DNA from: Spirochaetia bacterium | GTDB lineage: Bacteria; Spirochaetota; Spirochaetia; DSM-2461 | Length of the DNA: 64,000 nucleotides | NCBI GenBank assembly: GCA_963666985.2 | Contig: CAXXIA010000001.1 | Location: 1,216,001-1,280,000 of the forward strand | Reading direction: 5' to 3' | Shown here: positions 1 to 9,782 of the stretch, in pieces | Position numbering within the stretch: position 1 is the first letter of the stretch | How the letters are laid out: the number at the start of each line of letters is the position of its first letter | Program-made: the position numbers and the translations under genes | The notes under the pieces: model-generated | The model's input: the letters and a program-made list of their open reading frames with translations, nothing else | Told to the model about the DNA's origin: nothing | Databases searched by the model: none

Positions 1-115
1 GATTCGTACCGTCTCCGAGTCTTCCGATATACATTCCGGAACGGAGACGAATATGTTCCAGGGAACTGAGTGTTTTGATTTTACTTTCGTCGTAAATTTG
101 TGCAGTCGGAGCCAT
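1..115 (-). CDS. parE: DNA topoisomerase IV subunit B, N-terminal fragment (runs off the window start)
   Basis: Manual translation from ATG at 115 gives [38 protein letters not shown], the GyrB/ParE N-terminal motif EHIRxRxGMYIG. Not in the ORF track. Confidence 0.9.
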   Translation of the reverse strand, partial: MAPTAQIYDESKIKTLSSLEHIRLRSGMYIGRLGDGTN

Positions 116-219
116 AATACAATTTTACCTTTTCACCAAACGCCCGTAAAGTCTTCCGAAACACTACATGTGGCGTTTATTTTGAATATTCGGCCTGCAA
201 GTCCTTGCCGGCCCTTTTG

Positions 220-360
220 CAGGCTGTTGAAAAAGTAAGATTTGGTTCGAAGACAAGGCCGAATCAAGCACAGAAAGCGCAGCGTACTGGCTGTTCGTGA
301 GCATTTCGAGCATTGATTCAACGCCGTATACGGACCATAAGGTCCTTTTTCAACAGCCTG
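220..360. mobile_element. MITE-like non-coding element (141 bp)
   Basis: Perfect 16-bp terminal inverted repeats CAGGCTGTTGAAAAAG (220-235) and CTTTTTCAACAGCCTG (345-360). Internal self-complementarity (GAATCAA/TTGATTC). No transposase. Confidence 0.8.
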
Positions 361-1578
361 TTAGAATCGTCGATCCTTCCGCATCAGCGGAATCATCATA
401 ATCGAAGCGGCCGCGCCCAAGGCCGCCGAAAGAAATCCCATTGTTTTAAATGAGAGACCTCCAAGGACGGCGAATCCGATGAACGGCGCCGCAACCCCGC
501 GAAGACCGGCCAGAAAGGCATGGGCCGATTGATAGATACGAACCTGATCGGCCGAGACGATCCTGGTAACCCAAAGCTGCCAGATAAACGGAGAACCTGA
601 TGAAGCGATACCATAGAAAGCGGCCGCGGTAAAGATAACCGGAAGCGATTCGGTTAGGAAATAGAGCGGAATGGCTATGATGAAAAAGAAGTTGATGATA
701 ACCCGCAGCACGGGAAAGCTCATTTTTCGATAAAGAATCGCCCACAGAGGATTGCAGAGAAATCGAACCGCCATGGGAACAAGAACCGCAGCAAGCATTG
801 CCGGAACAGGAGAAAGCCCCAAACCCCGTTCACGTTCAACCAAATACACCGCCCTGAGCGGAAGGGTCCAGAGATTGCCGAATCCTATGAGCATCCAGGA
901 GGCCTGAACGTACAAAAACAGCGGGTTCCGAAAAGGCAGAGCCAGAACCTGCCACCATCGTTCCTCCCTCGGCTCGGGGTTCATTTCCGGGAGTTTCGTA
1001 AGCAGTATCGACGCGGCGGCCAGCGCCAGGGCGGCCGTGCCGACAATCCACCGCCAGGAGTCAAGATTTTCCTCCAGGATTCGTCCGCAGAGGAGTCCTG
1101 CTGCCAGAGATGCCAGAATGCTGAGCCGAAGACCGAGAGAAATCCTCCCGGCGCGGCGCTCCTCGGGATAAACTTCTCCGTATAAATCGGAAAAGAAGGG
1201 CTGTCTTTGGAAAACCGCCGCGGAGGAGAACGCCGCGCAAACGGCAAAAAGAACTCCCGAATCGGCAAAGGCGGCCGCCGCCAGCGAGAACGCGGACAAA
1301 GCGGTAAGAACAGCGACGATTCTGGAACGCCTGATGCCGCTTCGATTCAAGAATCCCGTCAGCGGCGCCGAAAGAAGATATCCGACGAAATTCGACGCGG
1401 CGATGAGTCCCTTCCAAAAATCCCCGACCGAAAAGAAACCGATGGCCACAACCATGAAGATTGAATCCACCAAAGGCTGAAAGAGTCCGTCGATGGTCTG
1501 CCTGATCGTGTCGATCCGCCAGGCGCGGATTTCATTTGGGCGGACGGCGGACACAGGAGCGGCTTGTTCGTTGGGCAC
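361..1578 (-). CDS. MFS transporter
   Basis: 405 aa with about 12 hydrophobic segments in two halves. Confidence 0.8.
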   Translation of the reverse strand: MPNEQAAPVSAVRPNEIRAWRIDTIRQTIDGLFQPLVDSIFMVVAIGFFSVGDFWKGLIAASNFVGYLLSAPLTGFLNRSGIRRSRIVAVLTALSAFSLAAAAFADSGVLFAVCAAFSSAAVFQRQPFFSDLYGEVYPEERRAGRISLGLRLSILASLAAGLLCGRILEENLDSWRWIVGTAALALAAASILLTKLPEMNPEPREERWWQVLALPFRNPLFLYVQASWMLIGFGNLWTLPLRAVYLVERERGLGLSPVPAMLAAVLVPMAVRFLCNPLWAILYRKMSFPVLRVIINFFFIIAIPLYFLTESLPVIFTAAAFYGIASSGSPFIWQLWVTRIVSADQVRIYQSAHAFLAGLRGVAAPFIGFAVLGGLSFKTMGFLSAALGAAASIMMIPLMRKDRRF

Positions 1579-1719
1579 GGGACTTATTCTCCGCGAATCG
1601 GTTCGGATGGGGAAGCGGGCCGGCGGCCGAGAGAACAGAAGCCCTCGTGAGGATACTCAATCATCGCGATTCTGCCGGGAGAAGTTCACCTCGTTCCGAT
1701 CAAACCGCCGCAAAAACGC

Positions 1720-4700
1720 TCAATACGGAAGGCCCGCCAGTCCGCGAAGCATCCGATCCTGCCTCAGATAGGACAAAACCTCTCCGAGCCGCCGCGTTTC
1801 ACTCGAGAGCACATCAAGCCGGGCGCGGAGCCATTCTTCCTCGCGTCCGTATCCGGACTCCCAGGATTCCTTTGTTTCCGAAGCCCGCCGCATATCGTTT
1901 TCACGGACTTCGGTGTAATAATCGATGTTCTCACGATTCAATTCCATGGAATGCAGTGTGCTTCTGATCAGCGAAACAAGATCGCGGCGGGCCGCATCGG
2001 TTCGCGCGGCGGCGGCTTCGGCGGCGGCCTCGGCGCTTTTGCGCCCCGAAGAAGCCCGGCCGGAATCGAAAAGCGTTGTACTCGCCCCCAGGGTGAGCGT
2101 CCAGGAACCGTCCAAATCATCCGGTTCTCTTCCGTACCCGCCCCCGTAGGCAAACTCACCGCGGAAAACCAGATCCGGACGGCCTATCGATTTCGCCCCG
2201 GCCAGCCCGGCCTGGGCGTTCCGGACTTCTTCAAGGGCCGAAAGCGCTTTTATATCGGTGCTGTAAGCCAACGCCGCCGCGACCAATTCATCGCTTTCGA
2301 AAAGAGTGAAGGATTCAAGAGTCTCGTCAATTTCAGGCAGAACGAGGTTTTCCGGGGTCAGCGTCTCCACATCCGTCATTCGCTCCAGAGAGACAAGAAG
2401 ATCGTTCTCATTGCATCGCAATTGTGAGGAGGAAAGATGAACCTGCCGCCGCTGAGTGCGCGCGCGCCGATACTCGTCTTCCAAAAGGAAGCCCTCTTCA
2501 TAATTCCGCAAAGTGATTTCAACCAGTCTGTCGACCAGCAGCTCCTGTTTTTCCGCAAGCGCGATCATTTCGCGAATAAGACTCAGCGATTCCATCGCAA
2601 CGGTAATATCGGTCGCGAGTTTGTCTTCGGCCGAAACAACCTGCCAGCCGGCGGCCTCGCTTCCCCGCGCCGCCGCGGCGATTCCGGCGGAAATCTTGCC
2701 GGATGTGTACACCGGCTGTTCCAGAACCAAAGAAGCGTCATAGCGGAAATCATTGGCTTTGCCCAGGACTTCGAGATCTTCCGCCGGGAAAGGCGTTCCC
2801 ATGATATCTCCCAGAGAACCGGCTTCTACGCTGAGGATGGGATCGCTGAGATAAGAGGAACCCAGTTCCACTCCGAGTTTCGGCCCGTATTCGGCCTTGG
2901 CTCCCCGGAGCGTTTGAGCCGCCGAGCGGGCTTCGGCGCGGAGTGCGTTGAGCGAAGAATCATGTTCCAGGGCTCGGCGGATAAGAGCTTCGGTACTCCA
3001 GGGAGCGCCGATTCCATCCGCCGCGGAGGCCGGGATGAGCACCTCGGCCGCCGGTTCGTTTTCGGCTCCCTGCATCTCCGGCTTGTCACGGGCCTCCGCA
3101 ACGAAGGGAGCGGCCGGAAAGAGCATGAGGGCGCAGAAAAAAACAACCGGAACGCCGCCGACCGCCGAAGCCTTTTTCAAGAGGCCTCGGCCTTTGGAAG
3201 AGGATTCTTCCCGGTTCGCCGGTTTTTCCTCTTCGGGCGCCGGTGCGGGAACCCCGGTATCGGAAGAAGGTCCGAGGCTTTTCATCGAAGAGGCATGATT
3301 CGAATCGCTTCGGCCTTCGGGGTCATCCGCATCAAATATCGGCTGAAGCACGATTCTCTTCTTTTCCCTGCGCCTCTCCAGATGCTCATACAAAACCGGA
3401 ACCACCACCAGAGTAATCAGCGTCGAGGTGGTGAGCCCTCCGGCGATAACCTGCCCGAGCGGCGCATAGATTTCGGAACCTTCGCCCATGGCGAAAGCCA
3501 GAGGAATCAGTCCGAGAAGCGTTGTCAGGGTGGTGATGAGGATGGGTTTCAGCCGAATCCTCGCCGCATCGAGAATCGCGTCCCGTACGTTCAAGCCTTC
3601 CCGTCTCAAGCGGTTGGCGAAATCGACGAGAACGATGGCGTTGTTCACAACCATGCCTCCCAATGCGATGATGCTGAAGATGCTCATCATGGTAATCCGT
3701 GTTCCGAAGGCCATTTGAACCAAAGCGACGCCGATAAGGACAAAAGGCACCGATCCCATGATGATGAGCGGCTGTGTGAATCGCTCGAACTGAATCACCA
3801 TGACCGCGTACACCAGGAATATCGCGACGCCCAGGGCCACGGCCAAATCCCGGAAGGTTTCTCCCATCACGTCCGCGGCGCCGGCGATGCGCCAGGAAAC
3901 GCCCGGAGGGAAAGAGGCCTTCGCCAAGAGCGGTTCCATACGGGCGCCGACACCGGCCAGATCGTTCTCCGAGAGTTCTCCCACCACGACAATCGACGGA
4001 AGCCTGTCACGATGCGGGATTCGGTCGGTGGCGGGCCTTCGGTCCAATTGGGAAAAAGCGGCGTAAGGCACCGTTTCACCCGCCGCGTTACGGACTCGGA
4101 TTCTCCCTAAAATCCCATCGGCCAAAACATCGTCGGCCAGAGAGGAATCCACAATCAGCGGATAACTCGCCTCGTCCCCGTCCAGCGTTCCGGCCTGTTC
4201 GCCGGCAAAGAGAATCCGCAGGTTCCGGCCGGCGGACAACGGATCCACGGCCAGCCTTCCGGCGGCGATTTTATCAATATCCACCGTCAGGGATTCCTTA
4301 TCCAAACGCACTCCGAGGGATGCGCGTTCCACAAGGGGATCGGCTTCCATAAGAGCCCTGACGGCCTCGGCGGACTCCAGAACGGAATCCCAATCGGTTC
4401 CGGTGATTTCAATCCGGAATCCCTCGCCTTCGGTGGCATAGGCCAGCTTCTTCGCCAGACCGCCGTTGCGCACCGTGATGTCGGCGTCCATAACCTCGGC
4501 CGGAAGGACCTGATTCAGCCGGCCGATGATTTGAAATACCGATCTTTCCCGCTCGGTTCTCCGTTTCAGAACGACTCTTCCGTATCCGGAGGAAGGATTG
4601 CCGGTATCGATAATGGTCGCCGAATCCCCGATACCGGCGTACCAGAGATCGGTTTTAATTTCCGGAACTTCCCTGCGGACGATTTCGGCAATCTCCTCCA

Positions 4701-6441
4701 TCTTCTCTTCGGCGCGGTCCAAGTCGTAACCGGGAGGCAGGTCGCAGTACACTTCGAACTCATTCATATCCGGCATGCTGATCAATTCCCCGCCGAGGCG
4801 GGCCAAAAGCCCCAACGCGGCGGCGGTCAGAAGCAGAGAGAGAATAAGAACGAAGCCTTTTCGGTTTAATGCCGCGTTCAGAAACTTGGCGAAAGCTTTT
4901 GAGATCTTATCGAATCCGGCATCGAACGCCGATCCGAACCGGGCTATGAATCCCTTGCGGTCCCGATCGGAAAGAAGCCGCGAGGAAAGCCAAGGAACGA
5001 TGACAACGGCCGTTATCGCCGAAGAAGAGAGTGCGAAAAGCAGGGTCCAGGATACTTCTTTAAGAATGGCGCCGGCCAGACCGGAAACGAACAGAATGGG
5101 CACGAAGACCGAAAGCGACGTGCTGGTTGAGGCCAGAACCGCGCCTCCCACTTCGTCCGCTCCCAAAGAAGCGGCTTCCGCCGCGCCTTTCCCGAGCCTG
5201 CGGTGCCGCATCGTATTTTCCAGAATAACGACCGATGAATCCACGATCATCCCGATGGAGACGGTCATTCCCGCAAGGGTCATCATATTCAGACTCATTC
5301 CCCTGGCCCGCATCAGGATGAATGTGAGAAAGATGGTAAAGGGAATGGACATGGACACGATTAAGGCCGCCCGAAGGTCGTGCAGGAATAAAAGAAGGAT
5401 CAGAGCGGCGAGTAATCCGCCGAGCCATGCCGAGCGGCCGACCGAAGAGAGCGTGATGCCGATGGTTTCGGCATCGTCAAGAACGGGAACGAAACGAATC
5501 CGGCCGCGGGTTTCCGCCTCAATATCCGCCTGCAATTCCTTTACGGCGGAAATAAGAGTTTCGGTATCCCCGTCCGGCCTTTTCATCACATCCAGAGCCA
5601 CCGTTTTTTTTCCGTTCGAGGAGGCTCTGAATTCGGGATTTTCGCTTCCCATGCCGACGGTTCCCAGATCATCCAGAAAAACAGGGTGCCCGGCCGCGTC
5701 GTATCCGACCGGCTGACTTCCCACATCGGCCAGGCTCCCGTAATCCCCCCGGGACTGAAGAGACACACGATCGGCCCCGATAACGACATCGCCGGCCGGA
5801 ACATTCGCCTGTCCGCGGGCAACGGCCGCATAGGCCTCCAGGGCGGTAATGTCCATGGCTTCAAGTTTCGCCGGATCGAGTCTGATGCGAACCGCGGGCT
5901 TCTCGGCGCCCCGAGCGTAAACGGCCGAAACATCGGCAAGCCGGCTGAAGCGCGGGAGAAAATCCTCATCCAGAACACGGGCCAATTCGCCTTCTTCCAT
6001 ATCGGATTCAACCAGACAGGAATAGACCGGCAGTGAAGATACGCCGAGATCGTAGATTCTCGGACTTCCCGCCAAACCGTCGGGAAGATCCGAGGAGGCG
6101 GCATTGATCCTGTCGCGGATGTCGTTTTTCTTGGCCTCGATATCGGCGTCCCAATCGAGCACGATAAAAATGGTCGAATAGCCGTCGTATGAGTCGGAGC
6201 TGATTTTTTCCACTCCGGAAATAAGGCCGAATGAATCTTCCAGAGGTTCGGTTACTTCCCGTTCCACCGTTTCCGGGGAGGCTCCGGGGTAAACGGAAAA
6301 CACCAGGATTTCCGGCATTTCGATGTTGGCCAATAAATCGCGCTTCATTCCGCGGAACGAAAGAAGGCCGAAAAGGGCCAGGGTTATCAGCAGAATGCCG
6401 ATAATCGCCGGATGCTTAATGGAAAAATCGGCGATTTTCAT
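1720..6441 (-). CDS. RND efflux permease (AcrB family) fused to a C-terminal TolC-like outer membrane factor
   Basis: 1573 aa. AcrB motifs (FSIKHP, YPGASPETVE, GMIVDSSVVILEN, RLKPILITTL) span the first ~1025 aa. A linker and signal-like segment follow, then a helical OMF-type domain (LEQPVYTSGK, TLFDSG). Confidence 0.88.
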   Translation of the reverse strand: MKIADFSIKHPAIIGILLITLALFGLLSFRGMKRDLLANIEMPEILVFSVYPGASPETVEREVTEPLEDSFGLISGVEKISSDSYDGYSTIFIVLDWDADIEAKKNDIRDRINAASSDLPDGLAGSPRIYDLGVSSLPVYSCLVESDMEEGELARVLDEDFLPRFSRLADVSAVYARGAEKPAVRIRLDPAKLEAMDITALEAYAAVARGQANVPAGDVVIGADRVSLQSRGDYGSLADVGSQPVGYDAAGHPVFLDDLGTVGMGSENPEFRASSNGKKTVALDVMKRPDGDTETLISAVKELQADIEAETRGRIRFVPVLDDAETIGITLSSVGRSAWLGGLLAALILLLFLHDLRAALIVSMSIPFTIFLTFILMRARGMSLNMMTLAGMTVSIGMIVDSSVVILENTMRHRRLGKGAAEAASLGADEVGGAVLASTSTSLSVFVPILFVSGLAGAILKEVSWTLLFALSSSAITAVVIVPWLSSRLLSDRDRKGFIARFGSAFDAGFDKISKAFAKFLNAALNRKGFVLILSLLLTAAALGLLARLGGELISMPDMNEFEVYCDLPPGYDLDRAEEKMEEIAEIVRREVPEIKTDLWYAGIGDSATIIDTGNPSSGYGRVVLKRRTERERSVFQIIGRLNQVLPAEVMDADITVRNGGLAKKLAYATEGEGFRIEITGTDWDSVLESAEAVRALMEADPLVERASLGVRLDKESLTVDIDKIAAGRLAVDPLSAGRNLRILFAGEQAGTLDGDEASYPLIVDSSLADDVLADGILGRIRVRNAAGETVPYAAFSQLDRRPATDRIPHRDRLPSIVVVGELSENDLAGVGARMEPLLAKASFPPGVSWRIAGAADVMGETFRDLAVALGVAIFLVYAVMVIQFERFTQPLIIMGSVPFVLIGVALVQMAFGTRITMMSIFSIIALGGMVVNNAIVLVDFANRLRREGLNVRDAILDAARIRLKPILITTLTTLLGLIPLAFAMGEGSEIYAPLGQVIAGGLTTSTLITLVVVPVLYEHLERRREKKRIVLQPIFDADDPEGRSDSNHASSMKSLGPSSDTGVPAPAPEEEKPANREESSSKGRGLLKKASAVGGVPVVFFCALMLFPAAPFVAEARDKPEMQGAENEPAAEVLIPASAADGIGAPWSTEALIRRALEHDSSLNALRAEARSAAQTLRGAKAEYGPKLGVELGSSYLSDPILSVEAGSLGDIMGTPFPAEDLEVLGKANDFRYDASLVLEQPVYTSGKISAGIAAAARGSEAAGWQVVSAEDKLATDITVAMESLSLIREMIALAEKQELLVDRLVEITLRNYEEGFLLEDEYRRARTQRRQVHLSSSQLRCNENDLLVSLERMTDVETLTPENLVLPEIDETLESFTLFESDELVAAALAYSTDIKALSALEEVRNAQAGLAGAKSIGRPDLVFRGEFAYGGGYGREPDDLDGSWTLTLGASTTLFDSGRASSGRKSAEAAAEAAAARTDAARRDLVSLIRSTLHSMELNRENIDYYTEVRENDMRRASETKESWESGYGREEEWLRARLDVLSSETRRLGEVLSYLRQDRMLRGLAGLPY

Positions 6442-7751
6442 TCGGAATCGCCTCCCTTTCGGACGAAGGCGGCGCTTCGGCCGGCGCTGAAGAGGTTCTC
6501 GCCGTTCTGTGCGCCGCCTGATTTTGTATCGGCCTCAGCACCGGCGCCGGAGCCGCGGATGTTGTTAGCGGACCGGTTTACATCCGCGAGGCGGATGCGG
6601 CTACCGGCGGCGGCTTCCGAAACGGCCGCATTTTTTTCAGCAACGCCGATCTTTTCTCCGCGGGGAGCCTCCGACTTGGATTCACCCTCCCGATTCAAAA
6701 TCCGCACATCGGTGCCTTCAGAGAGAAAATGCTGCCCCACCGTTACGCAGGTTCGGCCTTCCATGGAGTCGGGCAGAAGAACATACGAACCGATGATGCG
6801 CGCTCCTTCCAGAGCCTGATAGGAGGCTTTGCCTTCGCTGTTCACAAACCAGAATCCCTTCCCCGAAGTCAGCGCCGTGGATGGAAGAGTCAGAACGTTC
6901 CGGCGGACCGAAAGGATGAACCTCGCCGTCATCAGCATGCCCGGCCTTAAGCCGCCGCGGGCTGCTTCATCGGGCGGGATTCGGCAGGTGACGACAAACG
7001 ACCGGGTTACCGGATCCACCCAGGGAGCCACGGTGGAAATTTCCGCGTCCAGAATCAAATCCGGGAACGCTTCGGGCGCGATGCGGACATCGGGTGTTTG
7101 TCCGTTGAAAGCCGCCAGATATTCCTCGGGAATGAATAAATCCGCTTCAAGAGTTTCCAAAGAACCGATGGTATAAAGAGGCGTTCCCGCTTCGGGTGAA
7201 ACAAGAGAACCGACGGCCGTATGCTTCATCAGAACAACACCCGTTGTCGGAGAGGGAACCCGCGTCCATCCGTACCGCAAAGCCGCCGCGGACGCCTGTG
7301 CTTCGGCGGACAGATAAGCCGCACGGGCATCCTCCCAATTCTGCCGGGTGGCCGATCCGGAGTTATAGAGCCTGTTGATCCGCGTCCAGGTGGAAGAAGC
7401 CGAATTGAACGCTATATCGGCCCGTTCTTTTTCAAGACGATAAGCTTCTCTGTCGATCTCCGCGAGAATCTCGCCCTCCTTCACGGTATCACCGACATTG
7501 GCGTAGAGCGATGTAACCGATCCGGAAACCTTGGGAAGAATGGTGACTTGGTTTGATGATTCCAGATTACCGTGAACTTCGAGGATTTCCTCGACATCTC
7601 TTCGAACGGGCTGTTCCGCCCGAACGGGCACGAAAGACTTCTCCGATTCCTCGGGCTCCGCTTCATCGAAGTAAAACCAGGCGGCTCCGGCACCGGCAAG
7701 GGCGAGAATGATGAAAAGAAACCGCAGAAAAAAACCGAGCACCCTCTTCAT
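6438..7751 (-). CDS. RND periplasmic adaptor (membrane fusion protein)
   Basis: N-terminal TM, lipoyl motif PKVSGSV..VGDTVKEGEILAEID, VDPVTRS, LRPGM. Overlaps the RND start by 4 bp. Low-complexity C-terminal tail. Confidence 0.92.
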   Translation of the reverse strand: MKRVLGFFLRFLFIILALAGAGAAWFYFDEAEPEESEKSFVPVRAEQPVRRDVEEILEVHGNLESSNQVTILPKVSGSVTSLYANVGDTVKEGEILAEIDREAYRLEKERADIAFNSASSTWTRINRLYNSGSATRQNWEDARAAYLSAEAQASAAALRYGWTRVPSPTTGVVLMKHTAVGSLVSPEAGTPLYTIGSLETLEADLFIPEEYLAAFNGQTPDVRIAPEAFPDLILDAEISTVAPWVDPVTRSFVVTCRIPPDEAARGGLRPGMLMTARFILSVRRNVLTLPSTALTSGKGFWFVNSEGKASYQALEGARIIGSYVLLPDSMEGRTCVTVGQHFLSEGTDVRILNREGESKSEAPRGEKIGVAEKNAAVSEAAAGSRIRLADVNRSANNIRGSGAGAEADTKSGGAQNGENLFSAGRSAAFVRKGGDSE

Positions 7752-8368
7752 GAAACATCCTTTTTCAGCGGGATTCTCCGGCGTCCTTCCTTGGAAAGAA
7801 TGCCCTCGAACATCACCCGCTCGACAAATTCAGGGAGCGAAGCCACCTCGCCGTCTCCCAAATAAGAATCCTTCTTCCACCAATTCACAATCAAACCGAC
7901 AATAACGAGTGATAAAGACCTCACCGGCAGATCGGCCCGAAGAAAGCCCCGTTCCCTTCCCTCGCTGAAAAATCGGGAAAACACATCCACAAACCGCTGC
8001 TGAACCTGAGGAAAAAGGTATTCACCTTCTTCCATGGAACGCACCATTCCCCGAGGTCCGTAAAAAACCTCCATGGCTTCACGTCCTATATCCATAATTT
8101 CCATACCCCGTTCGACATAATCCCGCTTGGTATCTTCCGCTATATCGAAGAGCAGGGATGAATAATGACAAACCCGCCGTTCCACGCAATGCTTCCAAAT
8201 ATCACGTTTCCCGCCGGGAAAATGATTGTATAAAGTCTTTCGGCTCAAACCGATGTATTCGGAAAGATGTTCCATGCGCATTCCATGAAAGCTCAAACGG
8301 CTGATAAGACCTTCGGCCGCATTAAGGATTCGTTCGCGAGTCTCATCTCTGCGATTTATTTTTTTCAT
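7748..8368 (-). CDS. TetR/AcrR family transcriptional regulator
   Basis: N-terminal HTH RERILNAA...IGLSRKTLYNHF. First gene of the efflux operon. Confidence 0.9.
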   Translation of the reverse strand: MKKINRRDETRERILNAAEGLISRLSFHGMRMEHLSEYIGLSRKTLYNHFPGGKRDIWKHCVERRVCHYSSLLFDIAEDTKRDYVERGMEIMDIGREAMEVFYGPRGMVRSMEEGEYLFPQVQQRFVDVFSRFFSEGRERGFLRADLPVRSLSLVIVGLIVNWWKKDSYLGDGEVASLPEFVERVMFEGILSKEGRRRIPLKKDVS

Positions 8369-8371
8369 GTT

Positions 8372-8404
8372 TTACACATTAATGAGTCTTTTGTGTAATT
8401 TCAA
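8372..8404 (-). promoter_or_regulatory. Promoter TTGAAA-17-TAATGT overlapped by palindrome TTACACA-N13-TGTGTAA (probable TetR operator)
   Basis: Inverted repeat at 8372-8378 and 8392-8398. The -10 lies 7 nt before the tetR ATG and there is no SD. Confidence 0.65.
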
Positions 8405-8453
8405 TATTCTAAAAAACTCTTCCGCTTCGAATATTCAAGAATGATGACCAAGC

Positions 8454-8816
8454 CTACTCGGCCAGCTTCTCCAGCTGCTGCTGAGAGCCGCCCACATGAA
8501 CGGAGGAGAACCCCATGAGCTTCATCATACGGGCCGCCCTGCGGGCATGCGCGCCCGTTTGGCCGTAAAGAATCTTCGCCGAAGATTTATTTCCCATGCG
8601 GCCCGCGCTCTTGGCGATACGGTCCACGGGCATATTGACCGCGCCGGGGAAGTGTCCGGCTTTAAAATCCGCCGATGAACGGACGTCGATAATCATGGCC
8701 GCCGGCAAAAGTTCCTTCAGACGCTTGTTTTTTCTCCCGGTAAAAAACATCCTCGCGTATCCGAAAACGGCCAGAGCACCGAGAATAATCGCGCCGACCG
8801 CAATGTCCTGATCCAT
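8454..8816 (-). CDS. Membrane-anchored rhodanese-like domain protein
   Basis: IIDVRS..F..GHFPGAVNMP motif and an N-terminal TM. The usual catalytic Cys position reads YG. Confidence 0.85.
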   Translation of the reverse strand: MDQDIAVGAIILGALAVFGYARMFFTGRKNKRLKELLPAAMIIDVRSSADFKAGHFPGAVNMPVDRIAKSAGRMGNKSSAKILYGQTGAHARRAARMMKLMGFSSVHVGGSQQQLEKLAE

Positions 8817-8965
8817 GAATCACCTTCCTTAAGGGACTATAGAAGGTTTTATCGGAGATGAACAGAGATGACAATCATGAGTGAAACGGCTCGGCCGTCT
8901 TAAGAGGGGCGCCGAACACACCCTGCCGCCGACGCGGATTTCAAAGCGTCCGACGGGGGCGTGAA

Positions 8966-9397
8966 TTACCGATTAATCACCCCTTTTTTAAGAATTATAT
9001 TCCCGTACTTTCGAACCTCTCCGGTCATGACAACAGCGTAGGCGTCTTTGGAACGCTCGTAAAACGCAAACCGCTCCATCCGTTCGATCTTCGGCGTATC
9101 GGGCCAAACGGCATCGACTTCAGCCCTGAATGCCCCTTCCACAGCCGGATCCAAATCGTCACCGGGAACCGGAGCCATCATAATCAGAGGGCTCTCAACA
9201 TAGCCGTCCAGAGTTATCAGCGGCAAAATGCCCCGCAAAAGCCGCGCGGTGTCGATTCCGTCCGCTCGAATCACCCTCTTTCCCATCGTGTCGCCCGGAT
9301 AAAAAGCATCGGCAAGGACTATTTCATCTCCATGTCCCATCCGGAACAAAGCATCCAAGAGTTCCGGCGAAATAACCGGATCAATATTTCTCAGCAT
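8966..9397 (-). CDS. fucU: L-fucose mutarotase (RbsD/FucU family)
   Basis: MGHGDEIVLADA.YP, ERFAFYE, TGE...YGNIILKKGV. Confidence 0.92.
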   Translation of the reverse strand: MLRNIDPVISPELLDALFRMGHGDEIVLADAFYPGDTMGKRVIRADGIDTARLLRGILPLITLDGYVESPLIMMAPVPGDDLDPAVEGAFRAEVDAVWPDTPKIERMERFAFYERSKDAYAVVMTGEVRKYGNIILKKGVINR

Positions 9398-9488
9398 TTT
9401 CGAATCTCCTTCGCAGAGTAAAAAACATCATTAAGTACATGAACCATGATTTTAATATGAACGAATGAATAACAACACCATATTCGGA

Positions 9489-9689
9489 TTAGGGTTTTGC
9501 CTTCCGCTTCCTCTTCCGAAACGTGCTCAAAGCCCATCCGAGAATCCATCCTACGGCCAGAATCAGCAGAAAAACGAGGAATCTGGGGGCCGTAACGGTC
9601 CAGAAAAGAAATTGATAACTTACCGCTTCCAGGTTCTGAAACGCAAAGATAAGAGTAAGAACTCCGAGAATAATTCCAAAAATCAGCAT
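9489..9689 (-). CDS. LapA-like small membrane protein
   Basis: Two TMs, FAFQN..V...FLFW motif, basic tail. Confidence 0.75.
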   Translation of the reverse strand: MLIFGIILGVLTLIFAFQNLEAVSYQFLFWTVTAPRFLVFLLILAVGWILGWALSTFRKRKRKAKP

Positions 9690-9782
9690 ACATAACCCCT
9701 TTATCGGATGCGGCGCCTAAGTTGAGGCATCATCCGATTCCGAATATCAAATCCGCGCATGAAGCACGCGTTTCCGGACGAT

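Noticed and set aside
2437..4110. 557-aa plus-strand ORF, and similar long antisense ORFs at 4775, 30239, 33425, 35830 and 37023
   Set aside because: Shadow ORFs opposite well-supported genes in GC-rich DNA; no recognisable motifs.
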